Source: Thermoanaerobaculia bacterium
GTDB taxonomy: Bacteria > Acidobacteriota > Thermoanaerobaculia > Multivoradales > Multivoraceae
Direction: 5' to 3'
Length of the DNA: 64,000 nucleotides
Assembly: GCA_963666565.1 (NCBI GenBank)
Contig: OY762911.1
Coordinates: forward strand, 416,001-480,000
Shown here: piece by piece, positions 31,661 through 42,552 of the stretch
How positions within the stretch are numbered: position 1 is the stretch's first letter
Layout of the letters: the number at the start of each line of letters is the position of its first letter
Notes under the pieces: generated by a model
The model's database searches: none
What the model was told of the DNA's origin: nothing
Seen by the model: only the letters and a program-made list of their open reading frames with translations
Translations under genes and position numbers: made by a program

Positions 31661-32939
31661 TCTCGCCCCCCGGCTCTTCGACCGGGCCGTCGTCCGGAGG
31701 CGTCGTGGCCCGCAGCCGCCGGGCCGTCTCCTCCGCCGCGCGCATGGCGCGGAGGAAGCTGCGGCCCGCGATGTCCTTCAGTTCCTCGTCGCTGTACCCG
31801 CGCCGCACGAGTTCCACGAACAGGTCGGGGAACGTGGAGGCGTCCTCCAGGCCGACCGGCACCGTCGGGATGCCGTCGTAGTCGGAGCCGATCCCCAGAT
31901 GCGCCGTGCCGATCAGGCCGCGGATGTGGTCGATGTGGTCGGCCACGTCGGCGAGGGACGCCCGGGCGACCGGGTTCTCGCTGCGCCAAGCCATCAACCG
32001 CGCGCGGATGTCCTCCGGCGCGATCCCCGCGGCCATCAGACGCCGGCGTTCGGCGTCCATGAGCTGGAATGACGCCCGGACCGCCTCGTTGACGAAGGAC
32101 GGCACGAAGGTGACCATGATCACGCCGCCGTTCTCCGGCAGCCGGCGCAGCACGTCGTCCGGCACGTTGCGCGGGCTGGCGGTGACCGCGAATGCGGAGG
32201 AGTGGGAGAAGATGACCGGCGCTTCCGACTCGTCCAGCGCGTGGTGCATCGCCTGCGGCGAAACGTGGGAGAGGTCGACCATCATGCCGAGCCGGTTCAT
32301 CTCGCGGATCACCCGCCGGCCGAAGTCCGTCAGGCCGCCGTGGGCCGGCTGGTCGGTCGCCGAGTCGGCCCAGGCCGTGTTGCTCCCGTGGGTCAGGGTC
32401 ATGTAGCGAACGCCGGCGGCGTAAAGCTGCCGCAGGACCCCGAGGGACGACTCGATCGAGTGCCCACCCTCGGCGCCGAGCAGGGACGCGACCCTGCCTG
32501 CGGCGTGGACGCGCTCGATGTCGTCCGCGCCGAGGGCCAGCTCCAGGTCGTCCGGGTACCGCTCGATCAGCCGCATGGCCATGTCGACCTGCTCGAACAC
32601 GACCCGGGCGGCCCCGGCCCCGGTGTAGGAAGTCGGTATGTAGACCGACCAGAACTGCGCCCCGACGCCGCCCTGCCGCAGGCGCCGCAGGTCCGTGTGC
32701 ATCGGCGGTACGAGCGCGGCGGTGTCGCGGAAGTCGATCTCGCCGAGGCGGTTCGACACCCGCGTCCGGTACTGCCAGGGCACGTCGTTGTGTCCGTCGA
32801 TGAGCGGCGTCTCGCGAAGCAGGCGGAGCACGTGCTCCCGGCTGGCGCGGTCCTCCTGGGCTTCGGTCACGGGCGGTGAACCATAGCTCACCGCCGCGGC
32901 CACGACGGCGGCCAGCACGGCGCCGGTTCTTCTCTTCAT
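31653..32939 (-). CDS. Secreted membrane dipeptidase (peptidase M19)
   Basis: Signal peptide, IDGHND, GAQFWSVY, EGGHSI, RYMTLTH, VDLSHVS, FSHS, RNVPDD, HIDH, GSDYDG. Confidence 0.92.
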   Translation of the reverse strand: MKRRTGAVLAAVVAAAVSYGSPPVTEAQEDRASREHVLRLLRETPLIDGHNDVPWQYRTRVSNRLGEIDFRDTAALVPPMHTDLRRLRQGGVGAQFWSVYIPTSYTGAGAARVVFEQVDMAMRLIERYPDDLELALGADDIERVHAAGRVASLLGAEGGHSIESSLGVLRQLYAAGVRYMTLTHGSNTAWADSATDQPAHGGLTDFGRRVIREMNRLGMMVDLSHVSPQAMHHALDESEAPVIFSHSSAFAVTASPRNVPDDVLRRLPENGGVIMVTFVPSFVNEAVRASFQLMDAERRRLMAAGIAPEDIRARLMAWRSENPVARASLADVADHIDHIRGLIGTAHLGIGSDYDGIPTVPVGLEDASTFPDLFVELVRRGYSDEELKDIAGRSFLRAMRAAEETARRLRATTPPDDGPVEEPGGENG

Positions 32940-33021
32940 CCTGGCTCCCTCCTCGTCAGGCGGCGATTGTAGGGGAACCGGCAACGAATAGGATCGCCCG
33001 GTGCAGGGCTGCTGGGCAAGG

Positions 33022-33762
33022 ATGATCGGCATCGTCGGTCTGGGCAGCTTCGGCCGTTTCCTGGTTCGCCGCCTGGGCGCCCGTTTCGATCTGCAGGTCT
33101 GGGATCGCCGGGACCTGAGCGCGGAAGCCGCCTCGCTCGGGGCGCGCTGGACGGGCCTCGAAGGCTGCGCCGGCTGCGACATCGTGATCCCGGCGGTGCC
33201 GGTCCAGGACCTCGACGGGCTGATCGCCGACCTGGCCCCGCACCTCGCGCCGGGCGCGCTGGTCGTCGATGTCGCCTCGGTCAAGGTGAAGCCGCTCCGG
33301 ATCCTCGAGCGGCGGCTGCCCCGGCAGGTCCAGTTCATCGGCACTCACCCGATGTTCGGTCCCCAGAGCGCCCGCGGCGGGATCCGCGGCCTGAAGGTCG
33401 TGCTGTGCCTCCCGGAACGCCCGGTGGACGCCGAACGGGTCGAAGCGGTGAAGACTTTCCTGGAGTCGGACCTGGAGCTCCAGGTGCTCGAGATGTCGGC
33501 CGAGGAGCACGACTCCGAGATGGCCTACGTCCAGGGCCTGACCCACTGGATGGCCAAGGCGCTCAGGGAGATTCATGTCCCGGACCCGGCCCTCGGCACG
33601 GTCGCCTACCGGCACATGATGAAGATCGAGGAGAACCTCCGCGACGACTCGGACGATCTGTTCCTGACGATCGCCCGCGAGAACCCCTACGCCGCCGCGG
33701 CCCGCCGGGAACTCCGCGAAAGGCTGCGGGAGATCGAGGAGGCGATCGAGCGGGACGACTGA
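33022..33762 (+). CDS. tyrA: Prephenate/arogenate dehydrogenase
   Basis: GIVGLGSFG, DVASVK, THPMFGP, EEHD..MA..QGLTH. Confidence 0.85.
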   Translation: MIGIVGLGSFGRFLVRRLGARFDLQVWDRRDLSAEAASLGARWTGLEGCAGCDIVIPAVPVQDLDGLIADLAPHLAPGALVVDVASVKVKPLRILERRLPRQVQFIGTHPMFGPQSARGGIRGLKVVLCLPERPVDAERVEAVKTFLESDLELQVLEMSAEEHDSEMAYVQGLTHWMAKALREIHVPDPALGTVAYRHMMKIEENLRDDSDDLFLTIARENPYAAAARRELRERLREIEEAIERDD

Positions 33763-33878
33763 TCTCGCCGCCGCTTCGCGGCGCGTTTCCTGGCCGCCTT
33801 CGGCGGCGGCTCAGAAGACCCGCGCACCGGCACGCGGCCGTTCCGGGCGTCAACGCTACGAGCGCGCGGCGCAGGCTC

Positions 33879-34673
<795 letters not shown>

Positions 34674-34751
34674 GGCTCGACTCCCGAGGGGCCCGAAGCC
34701 GCGCACCGCCGCGGCGGCGGCCGCACGCCCCGGCTGGCGGCGGACCGGGCG

Positions 34752-34879
34752 CTCAACCCTGCTCCGCCGACTCCGCGCCGGAAGCCGCCGGCATCTCCGT
34801 CACGGGCCGCCGCCCGACGCGTGCTCAACCCTGCTCCGCCGACTCCCCGCCGGAAGCCATCAGCATCTCGGTGACGGGC
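34752..34879 (-). repeat. Diverged tandem duplication (72-bp period) of the 3' end of the substrate-binding protein gene
   Basis: CTCAACCCTGCTCCGCCGACTCC(G/C)CGCCGGAAGCC... at 34752 and 34824. Confidence 0.75.
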
Positions 34880-36015
34880 TGCCACTTGCCGTCGCGGACC
34901 TCGAAGATCCGCATGCCCTTGACCCCGCGATGGTCGGCCGGCGTGAAGGTGACCGGCACGGTCACGCCTCCGGTCTCGACGCCGTCGAACGACTCGAAGG
35001 CCGCGTGGATGGCCTCGCCGCTCGGCGGGCCCGCGGCGGCGGCACGCCGGATCGCCTCCGTCACCAGCTCGGCCACCGTCCAGCCCTGACCGTAGAGCAG
35101 TTCCTTCCCCTCCATCGACTCGCCCTTCGACGCGAGGTACTCCCTGGCGACGTCCAGGCCTTCGCCGGTCGGCGAGAAGAGGATGGAACCGAGGACGCCT
35201 TCCGCGGTCTCGCCGGCGAGCTCCACCAGGACCTCGTTGCTGCAGTAGTTCAGGCAGGCGAAGCGCAGATCCAGACCCAGGTCGCTCGCGTTCTTCAGCA
35301 CGATCGAGGCCGGCCCCGACGTGTTCTGGAAGACGACCCAGTTGGCGCCCGATTCGGCGATCCGGGTCAGCGTCGCGCTGAAGTCCGTGTTGCCCCGCGC
35401 CATCTCGTGCGGCGCCATCTCGATGCCGATCTGCTGCGCGTACTCCTCGCCTCCCTGGCGCCAGGGCGAGAGACCGAAGGGACTCGGGTGGTGCATCAGC
35501 GCCACGTTCGGCGCCGGACCTCCCGAAGCCTCCGCCACCAGGTAGTCGAGCACGATGTACAACTGGTCCGTGTAGGTCGTGCCGACCAGGAAGTTGTACG
35601 GCGCCTCGTCCGGGTCGCCCAGCACGTGGGAGAACGACGCCGAGACGAAGGGAATGCGGTCGTCCGCGATCCGGCCCCTAAGGGCCTCGGTGTCGCCCGT
35701 GCCCCAGCCCATGAACATGACCGCTCCGGCCTGGACGTACTCGGAGTAGAGCTGTTCGGCCTTGGCGACGTCGTAGCCGTAGTCGTTCCACAGCAGGTCG
35801 ACCTGGCGGCCCGCGATGCCGCCGCGGTCGTTGAGCCAGGCGTAGTAGTCGCGAATGGCCTCGGCGTACATCGTGCCGACATCCGAGGTGGCGCCCGTCA
35901 GGTCGAAGATCGCGCCGATGGTGATCGGAGCGTCCGCTTCGGAAACCGGCTCGCCGCCTCCGCAGGCGGTGAGAAGGAGCAGCGCAAGGGCGGCAAGGCA
36001 TACGAGACGGTTCAT
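34825..36015 (-). CDS. ABC transporter substrate-binding lipoprotein (LivK-like)
   Basis: Lipobox LTAC, ITIGAIFDLTGATSDVG, GWGTGDTEAL, TFTPADHRG. Confidence 0.9.
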   Translation of the reverse strand: MNRLVCLAALALLLLTACGGGEPVSEADAPITIGAIFDLTGATSDVGTMYAEAIRDYYAWLNDRGGIAGRQVDLLWNDYGYDVAKAEQLYSEYVQAGAVMFMGWGTGDTEALRGRIADDRIPFVSASFSHVLGDPDEAPYNFLVGTTYTDQLYIVLDYLVAEASGGPAPNVALMHHPSPFGLSPWRQGGEEYAQQIGIEMAPHEMARGNTDFSATLTRIAESGANWVVFQNTSGPASIVLKNASDLGLDLRFACLNYCSNEVLVELAGETAEGVLGSILFSPTGEGLDVAREYLASKGESMEGKELLYGQGWTVAELVTEAIRRAAAAGPPSGEAIHAAFESFDGVETGGVTVPVTFTPADHRGVKGMRIFEVRDGKWQPVTEMLMASGGESAEQG

Positions 36016-36219
36016 CGTGAAGGTCCCCTCCAGGGGCGCGCCGCGCCCCGAATCGTGACGTGTCGGCAAGCCGGGGGATCATACCGCCCGCGGCGGCCCC
36101 AACGGGCGCTCCGGCTAGCGCCCCGAAACGCCTCGCAGACTCGGTGTTTCGGCCCATCCCGTCCGCGCGGCGGAGCCTGCGCCCCGAACTTGCTTCGCTG
36201 CGTTCCGCGGCGCAGGCTC

Positions 36220-37263
36220 CTAGTACGAGAACGGCCAGACGCGGAAGTAGTCCTTCACGTTGCGCCAGAGCCTGGCGAGCCCTTCCGGTTCGAGCACCAG
36301 GAAGAGGATGATGACGAGCCCGAAGACGCCCTGCTGGACATACGGCAGAACCGTGGCCGCCCAGGGCGCCGTGTCCTGCAGCGAGCGGCCCAGGGTGTTG
36401 ATCATGGCCGGCAGGAGGACGATGAGGGACGCGCCGAAGAACGAACCGGAGATCGTCCCCAGGCCGCCGATGATGATCATCGCCAGGTACTGGATGGACA
36501 CCTCGATCGTGAACCGCTCCCAGGTGACGATCGACCGGTAGTGGGCGAGCAGGGCGCCGGAGAGCCCGACCAGGAAGGACGAGGTGGCGAAGGCGAGCAG
36601 TTTGTAACCGAACACGTTGACGCCGATGGCCGACGCCGCGATGTCCTGGTCCCGGATCGCGACCCAGGCCCGCCCCACGCGCGAGCGGAACAGGTTCGCG
36701 GCGAACAGCGCGACCGCGAGCGCAACGACGATCAGGATCCAGTAGTAGCGGCCGTCGGTGTTCATCCGGGCGCCGAACAGTTCGGGCGCCGGCACGACGA
36801 GCGCTTCCGTGCCGCCGGTGAGCCCGTCCCAGTGCGTGACGACGAACTCCACGATCTGCTGCGCCGCCAGGGTGGCCACGGCCAGATACAGCCCCTTGAG
36901 CCGCAGCGACGGCAGACCGACCACCAGGCCGGCAAAGGCGGTAATCACGGCGGCAACCGGAATGCTGATGTAGAAGGGCACGCCGAATCGCACGGTGAGA
37001 AGACCCGCGCCGTAGGCGCCGATCGCCATGAACGCCCCCTGGCCGAGGGAGATCTGGCCCGTGTAGCCCACCAGGATGTTCAGGCCGATCGCGCCGATCG
37101 TGGCGATCGCGATCTGGTTGGCCAAGTTGAGCCAGTAGGGCGTCGCCAGGAACGGGAACACCACGAGGCCGACCAGGAGCAGGCCCGTGCGCACCTTCTG
37201 CAACGGCATGCGCCGCAGCGCCATGTCGGAGCGGTAGTCGCTGAAGAAGATTCCGGATTCCAT
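36220..37263 (-). CDS. ABC transporter permease (LivM-like)
   Basis: GLNILVGYTGQISLGQGAFM, PSLRLKGLYLAVATLA, GRAWVAIRDQDIAA, IIGGLG. Confidence 0.92.
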   Translation of the reverse strand: MESGIFFSDYRSDMALRRMPLQKVRTGLLLVGLVVFPFLATPYWLNLANQIAIATIGAIGLNILVGYTGQISLGQGAFMAIGAYGAGLLTVRFGVPFYISIPVAAVITAFAGLVVGLPSLRLKGLYLAVATLAAQQIVEFVVTHWDGLTGGTEALVVPAPELFGARMNTDGRYYWILIVVALAVALFAANLFRSRVGRAWVAIRDQDIAASAIGVNVFGYKLLAFATSSFLVGLSGALLAHYRSIVTWERFTIEVSIQYLAMIIIGGLGTISGSFFGASLIVLLPAMINTLGRSLQDTAPWAATVLPYVQQGVFGLVIILFLVLEPEGLARLWRNVKDYFRVWPFSY

Positions 37264-37311
37264 GGTGGGCAAGGGGACTGCGGGACGCGTCGTCGTGCGG
37301 CGCCGCCGGCG

Positions 37312-38190
37312 CTAGACCCTCTCGATGATCTCCTTGCCGAACAGGCCGTAGGGGCGCACCATCAGGACCAGGATCAGCACGATGTAGGGCACGATGAGTT
37401 CCAGGCCCGACGTCGTGTAGCCGGCGGTGTACGACTCGAGCAGCCCGATGACGCCGCCGCCGACGATCGCGCCCGGCACCGAGTCGAGGCCGCCGAGGAT
37501 GACGACCGGGAACACCCGCAGGCCGATGAAGATGATGTCGTGGCTGACGCCGACGGTGTTGGCCAGCATGATGCCGGCGACCGCGGCGGTGATCGCCGCC
37601 ATCGCCCAGGCCACCGCGAGGACCCGCTTGATGCTGATGCCCATCGACAGCGCCGCCTGCTGGTCGTCGGCGATGGCGCGCATCGCGATGCCGTCCCGCG
37701 TGTGACGGAAGAACAGCGTCAGGACCGTCAGCAGGATCGCCGCGATGGCGATCACGAGCAGGCGGTCGATGCCGACGATCGCGCCCAGGAACTCGACCTC
37801 TCCCGACGGAATGAAGTTGGGGAAGGCCTTGGGCCGCGCTCCCCAGATGCCGTTGACCACGGCTCGCAGCAGGCTCGACAGGCCGATCGTCACCATGATC
37901 ATCGAGATCACCGGCTCGCCGATCAGCGGCCGAAGAACGAGGCGCTCCACGATCAGGCCGATCATTGCCGCGCCCAGCAGCGTCGCCAGCACGCCCAGAC
38001 TCCAGGGCAACCCGAGCTGAGCGATGAAGGCGAACGCGAGGTAGGCGCCGAAGAGCAGGAACTCGCCCTGCGCGAAGTTGATCACGTCGCTCGCCTTGAA
38101 AATGACGACGAAGCCCACCGCCACGAGCGAATAGACCATGCCGTTCGAGAGGCCGGAGACGGTGAGTTGAAGGAAGACGTCGGAGTCCAT
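37312..38190 (-). CDS. ABC transporter permease (LivH-like)
   Basis: INFAQGEF, VERLVLRPL, GIAMRAIADDQQAA, VILGGLDS, RPYGLFG. Confidence 0.92.
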   Translation of the reverse strand: MDSDVFLQLTVSGLSNGMVYSLVAVGFVVIFKASDVINFAQGEFLLFGAYLAFAFIAQLGLPWSLGVLATLLGAAMIGLIVERLVLRPLIGEPVISMIMVTIGLSSLLRAVVNGIWGARPKAFPNFIPSGEVEFLGAIVGIDRLLVIAIAAILLTVLTLFFRHTRDGIAMRAIADDQQAALSMGISIKRVLAVAWAMAAITAAVAGIMLANTVGVSHDIIFIGLRVFPVVILGGLDSVPGAIVGGGVIGLLESYTAGYTTSGLELIVPYIVLILVLMVRPYGLFGKEIIERV

Positions 38191-38199
38191 CGTCCGCTC

Positions 38200-38365
38200 C
38201 TAGCAGCCCGTGGTGGAAGTGCGCGTCGCACCGAGAGCGGTCAGGCGCCCGTCCGGCAAGGCGCGACGAGGGAGCATACCGGGCCGTATTCGACCGAGGA
38301 GCAACGATGCCGGGCGGGATGCACGGCCGCTCGAATGCAGCGCGACTTTCACTACGGGCTGCTAG
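38200..38365. mobile_element. MITE-like 166-bp element inserted at a CTAG/TA site that forms a stop codon
   Basis: Ends CTAGCAGCCCGTGGTGGAAGT and ACTTTCACTACGGGCTGCTAG (21-bp inverted repeat, 2 mismatches). CTAG at both ends; no ORF. Confidence 0.7.
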
Positions 38366-40314
38366 CCGGCGGTGGCGGGCTGAGCGATGCGCAGCCGGGT
38401 CTCAAGGACGGCCGTCGTGCCGTCCTGGTAGGCGATCTCGTTCTCGATCTCGACCGCGTCGCCGCCGCCGTAGAGCGCGTCGACGAGCAGGCGGTAACGA
38501 TCGGCGATGAAGCGGCGCCGCACCTTCCGGGTGCGGGTCAGCTCCTCGTCGTCGGCGTCGAGTTCCTTGTGCAGGAGCAGCAGGCGCTGGATGCGGGCCG
38601 ACTCCGGCAGGTCGCCGTTGATGCCGGCCGTGTGCTCCAGCACGAGCTCGTAGATCTCCGGCTTCTGGGCGAGATCGGTGAACGTCGTGTAGGGAATCTG
38701 GCGCCGCTCCGCCCACTTGCCCGCGTTGGCGAAGTCGATCGTGACGAGCGACGTGACGAACGGGTAGTCGCCGCCGCCGAACACGACCGCCTCCTTGACG
38801 TAGGGGCTGAACTTCAGCTTGTTCTCGATGAACTGCGGCGAGAACTGGGTGCCGTCGTGGAGCTCCATCACGTCCTTCTTGCGATCGATGACGATCAGGT
38901 GCCCGTCGTCGTCCATGTAGCCGGCGTCGCCGGAGTAGAGCCAGCCGTCGCGGAGCGCTTCTTCGGTCGCCTCCTCGTTCTTGTAGTAGCCGAGGAAAAC
39001 GGAGGCGCTCCTGGTCAGGATCTCGCCGCCTTCGCCGAGCCGGACCTCCGCCCCGGGTACCGCGGTGCCGACCGTCTGGAACTTGATGTCGTCGTCGCGG
39101 TGCGCGACCGAAATCCCGGACACCTCGGTCTGGCCGTAGATCTGCTTCAGGTTCACGCCGATGGCGTGGAAGAAGCGGAAGATGTCCGGCCCGAGCGCCG
39201 CGCCGCCCGTGTAGGCCCGGCGGATCCGCCGCACGCCGAGCTTGTCGCGCAGCCAGAAGAAGCAGACGGCGTTGGCGACCCCGTTCAGCATCGCCACGAA
39301 CCTTGGCGGGGCGCCGTGTTCGAGCCGCGCGTCGGCCGCCCGATAGCCGACTCCAAGCGCCCACTCGTAGACCTTGCGCTTGAGCCAGGAGGAATCCTCG
39401 ATCCGGACCTGGACGTCGGACACCATGTTCTCCCAGATGCGCGGCGGCGAGAACATCGTGTGCGGTCCGATCTCGCGGATGTCGTGCTGCACCGTCTCGG
39501 GCTCTTCCGGGAAGTTCAGCGTGAAGCCGACCAGCAGGCCGCAGGCGGCGCCGATCATCTGCTCGCCGATCCACGCCAGGGGCAGGAAGGAGACGAACTC
39601 GTCGTCGCTCTGCATCGGATCGACGCTCTGGAAGCTGTGCGCCATCGTCACCAGGTTGCGGTGAGAGAGCATCGCGAGCTTCGGCTTGCCGGTAGTGCCG
39701 GATGTGGTCGAGAGCAGGGCCACGTCGTCGGCGGCCGTGGCCTCGACCCAGCGTTCGAAGTCGTCCTCCGCGCTGCTCGTGGCGGACCGGCCGATCTTCT
39801 CCACCTCCGAGAAGTCGAGCAGGAAGTCGTGCGGATAGGAACCGAGCCCGCGGGGGTCGTAGTAGATGACCTTCTCGATCCCCCGCCCGTCGCCGTCCGC
39901 GGCGCCGGCCAACTCGTCCCAGACTTCGAGCAGCTTGTCGACCTGCTCCTGGTCCTCGGCGACGACGAAGCGGGCGCCCGCGAACTCGATCAGGTACCGC
40001 ACCTCGCTCGCCACCGAGTCCTGGTAGACGCCCAGGGAGCGCGCGCCGACGGCCTGAGCCGCGAGTTGGGCGATCAGCCACTCGGGCCGGTTGTCGCCCA
40101 CGACGGCTACGATGTCGCCCCGCTCGAGGCCGAGTTCGACCAGGCCGCGGGCGAAGTTCCTGACGCGCTCGGCGTACTGCGCCCAGGTGAAGCTCTGCCA
40201 GATGCCGAACTCCTTCTCGCGGAGCGCGGCCTCGTCGCCGCGCTCGCGGGCGTTGCGGAGCAGCAGCTTGGGCAGGGTGTCCGCGTCCGGCCGCAGTTCC
40301 AGGAGCTCGGTCAT
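38362..40314 (-). CDS. Long-chain acyl-CoA synthetase (AMP-binding enzyme)
   Basis: TTSGTTGKPK, FLPLAW, YGQTE, GWLYSGDAG, IIDRKKD-like, ELTRTRKVRR. Confidence 0.92.
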   Translation of the reverse strand: MTELLELRPDADTLPKLLLRNARERGDEAALREKEFGIWQSFTWAQYAERVRNFARGLVELGLERGDIVAVVGDNRPEWLIAQLAAQAVGARSLGVYQDSVASEVRYLIEFAGARFVVAEDQEQVDKLLEVWDELAGAADGDGRGIEKVIYYDPRGLGSYPHDFLLDFSEVEKIGRSATSSAEDDFERWVEATAADDVALLSTTSGTTGKPKLAMLSHRNLVTMAHSFQSVDPMQSDDEFVSFLPLAWIGEQMIGAACGLLVGFTLNFPEEPETVQHDIREIGPHTMFSPPRIWENMVSDVQVRIEDSSWLKRKVYEWALGVGYRAADARLEHGAPPRFVAMLNGVANAVCFFWLRDKLGVRRIRRAYTGGAALGPDIFRFFHAIGVNLKQIYGQTEVSGISVAHRDDDIKFQTVGTAVPGAEVRLGEGGEILTRSASVFLGYYKNEEATEEALRDGWLYSGDAGYMDDDGHLIVIDRKKDVMELHDGTQFSPQFIENKLKFSPYVKEAVVFGGGDYPFVTSLVTIDFANAGKWAERRQIPYTTFTDLAQKPEIYELVLEHTAGINGDLPESARIQRLLLLHKELDADDEELTRTRKVRRRFIADRYRLLVDALYGGGDAVEIENEIAYQDGTTAVLETRLRIAQPATAG

Positions 40315-41126
40315 TCGGCGTCTCCGAGGTACGCGTGGATCACCGCCGGGTCGGCCCGCACCTCGTCCGGCGTGCCGCAGGCGATCGAGCGGCCGAAGTC
40401 GAGCACGGCCACGCGGTCCGAGAGGTCCATGACGACTCCCATGTCGTGCTCGATCAGGACGGTCGTTACCCCCCGTTCCTCGTTCACGTCGAGGATGAAC
40501 CGCGCCATGTCCTCTTTCTCCTCCACGTTCATCCCCGCCATCGGCTCGTCGAGCAGGAGAAGCCTGGGGTCGAGCGCCAGCGCCCGCGCGAGTTCCACCC
40601 GCTTCTGCAGGCCGTAGGCGAGGGTGCCGACCGCCTGGTGGCGCAGGTTCTCGATCTCCAGGAAGTCGATCACGTCCTCCACGGCGGCCCGGTGCCGGAT
40701 CTCCTCCCGTCGCTGGGGACCCCAGTAGAGGCCGCAGGTCAGCACGTTGCCCCGCATGTGGATGTGGCGTCCCAGCATCAGGTTCTCGAGCACGGTCATG
40801 CCGCGGAAGAGCTCGATGTTCTGGAAGGACCGGGCGATGCCGACCTGGGCGACCTTGTGCGGCGCCCGCCCGATGAGCGGGAGCGGCGCCGCTTCCGGGG
40901 CCGGCGTGTAGGCGATCGAGCCCTGCTGGGGCCGGTAGAGACCGCTGATCGAGTTGAGCAGCGACGTCTTGCCGGCGCCGTTCGGCCCGATGATGGCGAA
41001 CACCTCGCCGTGGCGAACGTCCAGGGCGACGTCGTCCAGGGCATGCACTCCGCCGAACGAGAGGGTGACGCCCTCGACCTCGAGGCAGGTCGAGGCCGGG
41101 GGCGCCTGGACTTGGGTCTGGGCCAC
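40311..41126 (-). CDS. ABC transporter ATP-binding protein (LivG-like)
   Basis: [51 protein letters not shown]. Start approximate. Confidence 0.92.
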   Translation of the reverse strand: MAQTQVQAPPASTCLEVEGVTLSFGGVHALDDVALDVRHGEVFAIIGPNGAGKTSLLNSISGLYRPQQGSIAYTPAPEAAPLPLIGRAPHKVAQVGIARSFQNIELFRGMTVLENLMLGRHIHMRGNVLTCGLYWGPQRREEIRHRAAVEDVIDFLEIENLRHQAVGTLAYGLQKRVELARALALDPRLLLLDEPMAGMNVEEKEDMARFILDVNEERGVTTVLIEHDMGVVMDLSDRVAVLDFGRSIACGTPDEVRADPAVIHAYLGDAE

Positions 41127-41286
41127 GGCTGCGCGATTGTATGCGCCCCTGCCCGCGGACGGACGAATCGCGCCTCGACGGCCGGCTCGGCCGGCCACGA
41201 AACGCGCGCCCGCCTCGCGGACGGACAATCTGCAAAGATCGCCGCGCCGCAGACTCTGGACCGACCAGCAGAACGGAGGATCCTCC

Positions 41287-42546
41287 ATGCCGGCCCGACC
41301 CGTACTGGTTTCAGCACCGCCCGAACTCGACCTGGCGCGACCCGAAGAGGTCGGCCTGAACGCGGCGCAACTGGACCGCATCGACGAGCACCTGCGCCGC
41401 CGCTACCTCGAGCCCGGGAAGATCGCGGGTTGCCTCACCCTGGTCGCCCGGGGCGGCCGGCCGGCCTGGCTCTCCGCGCAGGGCCTGATGGACCGCGAGC
41501 GCGGCCGCGCCATGCGGCCCGACACGATCTTCCGCATCTACTCGATGACCAAGCCGATCACCTCCGTCGCCCTGATGCAGCTCTACGAGCAGGGCCACTT
41601 CCAGCTCGACGACCCGGTCCAGAAGTTCATCCCCGAGTGGCGCGGCCTGCGCGTCTTCGAGAGCGGCAACCACCCGAACTTCCTGACCCGGCCGGTCGAC
41701 CGCCCGATGACGATCCGCGACCTGTTCACGCACCAGTCGGGCTTGACCTACGGCTTCATGGAGCGCACGAACGTCGACGCCGCGTACCGCAAGCTCGGCG
41801 TCGGCGGACCGCATGCCGGCGGCAGTCTCCGGCAGATGATCGAGCAGCTCGCGGAACTGCCGCTCGAGTTCTCGCCCGGCACCGCCTGGAACTACTCGGT
41901 CGCCACCGACGTGCTCGCCTACCTGGTCGAGGTCTTCTCCGGCCAACCGTTCGACGAGTACCTGCGGGAGCACGTCACCGGGCCCCTCGGCATGGTCGAC
42001 ACCGGCTTCACCGTGCCGGCGGCGAACGTCGACCGCTTCGCCGCCAACTACCGGCGCAACCGGAACAAGGAGCTCGTCCTGCTCGACGACCCCCTGACCA
42101 GCCACTACACGCGCGACATCAGCTTCTTCTCGGGCGGCGGCGGACTCGTGTCGACGATGCACGACTACTACCGCTTCTGCCAGATGATGCTGAACGGCGG
42201 CACGCTGGACGACGCGCGCATCCTCGGCCGCAAGTCGGTGGAACTGATGACGATGAACCACCTCCCCGGCGGCAGCGACCTGACCGACCTGGCGGTCGGC
42301 GCCTTCAGCGAGACCACCTACGAGGGGGTCGGCTTCGGCCTCGGCGTCTCGGTCACCCTCGACCTCGCCGTCGCGCAGTCGATCGGCTCGGTCGGCGAGT
42401 ACGGCTGGGGCGGCGCCGCCAGCACCGCCTTCTGGATCGACCCGAAGGAGGACCTGATCGTCATCTTCATGGTCCAGTTCTGGATGTCGGGCACCTTCAA
42501 CTTCCGGGGTCAGCTCAAGTCGATCGTCTATCCGGCGCTGACCTGA
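41287..42546 (+). CDS. Serine hydrolase, beta-lactamase/esterase family
   Basis: FRIYSMTKP (SxxK), [38 protein letters not shown]. Confidence 0.9.
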   Translation: MPARPVLVSAPPELDLARPEEVGLNAAQLDRIDEHLRRRYLEPGKIAGCLTLVARGGRPAWLSAQGLMDRERGRAMRPDTIFRIYSMTKPITSVALMQLYEQGHFQLDDPVQKFIPEWRGLRVFESGNHPNFLTRPVDRPMTIRDLFTHQSGLTYGFMERTNVDAAYRKLGVGGPHAGGSLRQMIEQLAELPLEFSPGTAWNYSVATDVLAYLVEVFSGQPFDEYLREHVTGPLGMVDTGFTVPAANVDRFAANYRRNRNKELVLLDDPLTSHYTRDISFFSGGGGLVSTMHDYYRFCQMMLNGGTLDDARILGRKSVELMTMNHLPGGSDLTDLAVGAFSETTYEGVGFGLGVSVTLDLAVAQSIGSVGEYGWGGAASTAFWIDPKEDLIVIFMVQFWMSGTFNFRGQLKSIVYPALT

Positions 42547-42552
42547 GCCGCC

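Noticed and set aside
34752-34879. Diversity-generating retroelement TR/VR pair
   Set aside because: The differences are not confined to adenines, and no reverse transcriptase is present in the window.
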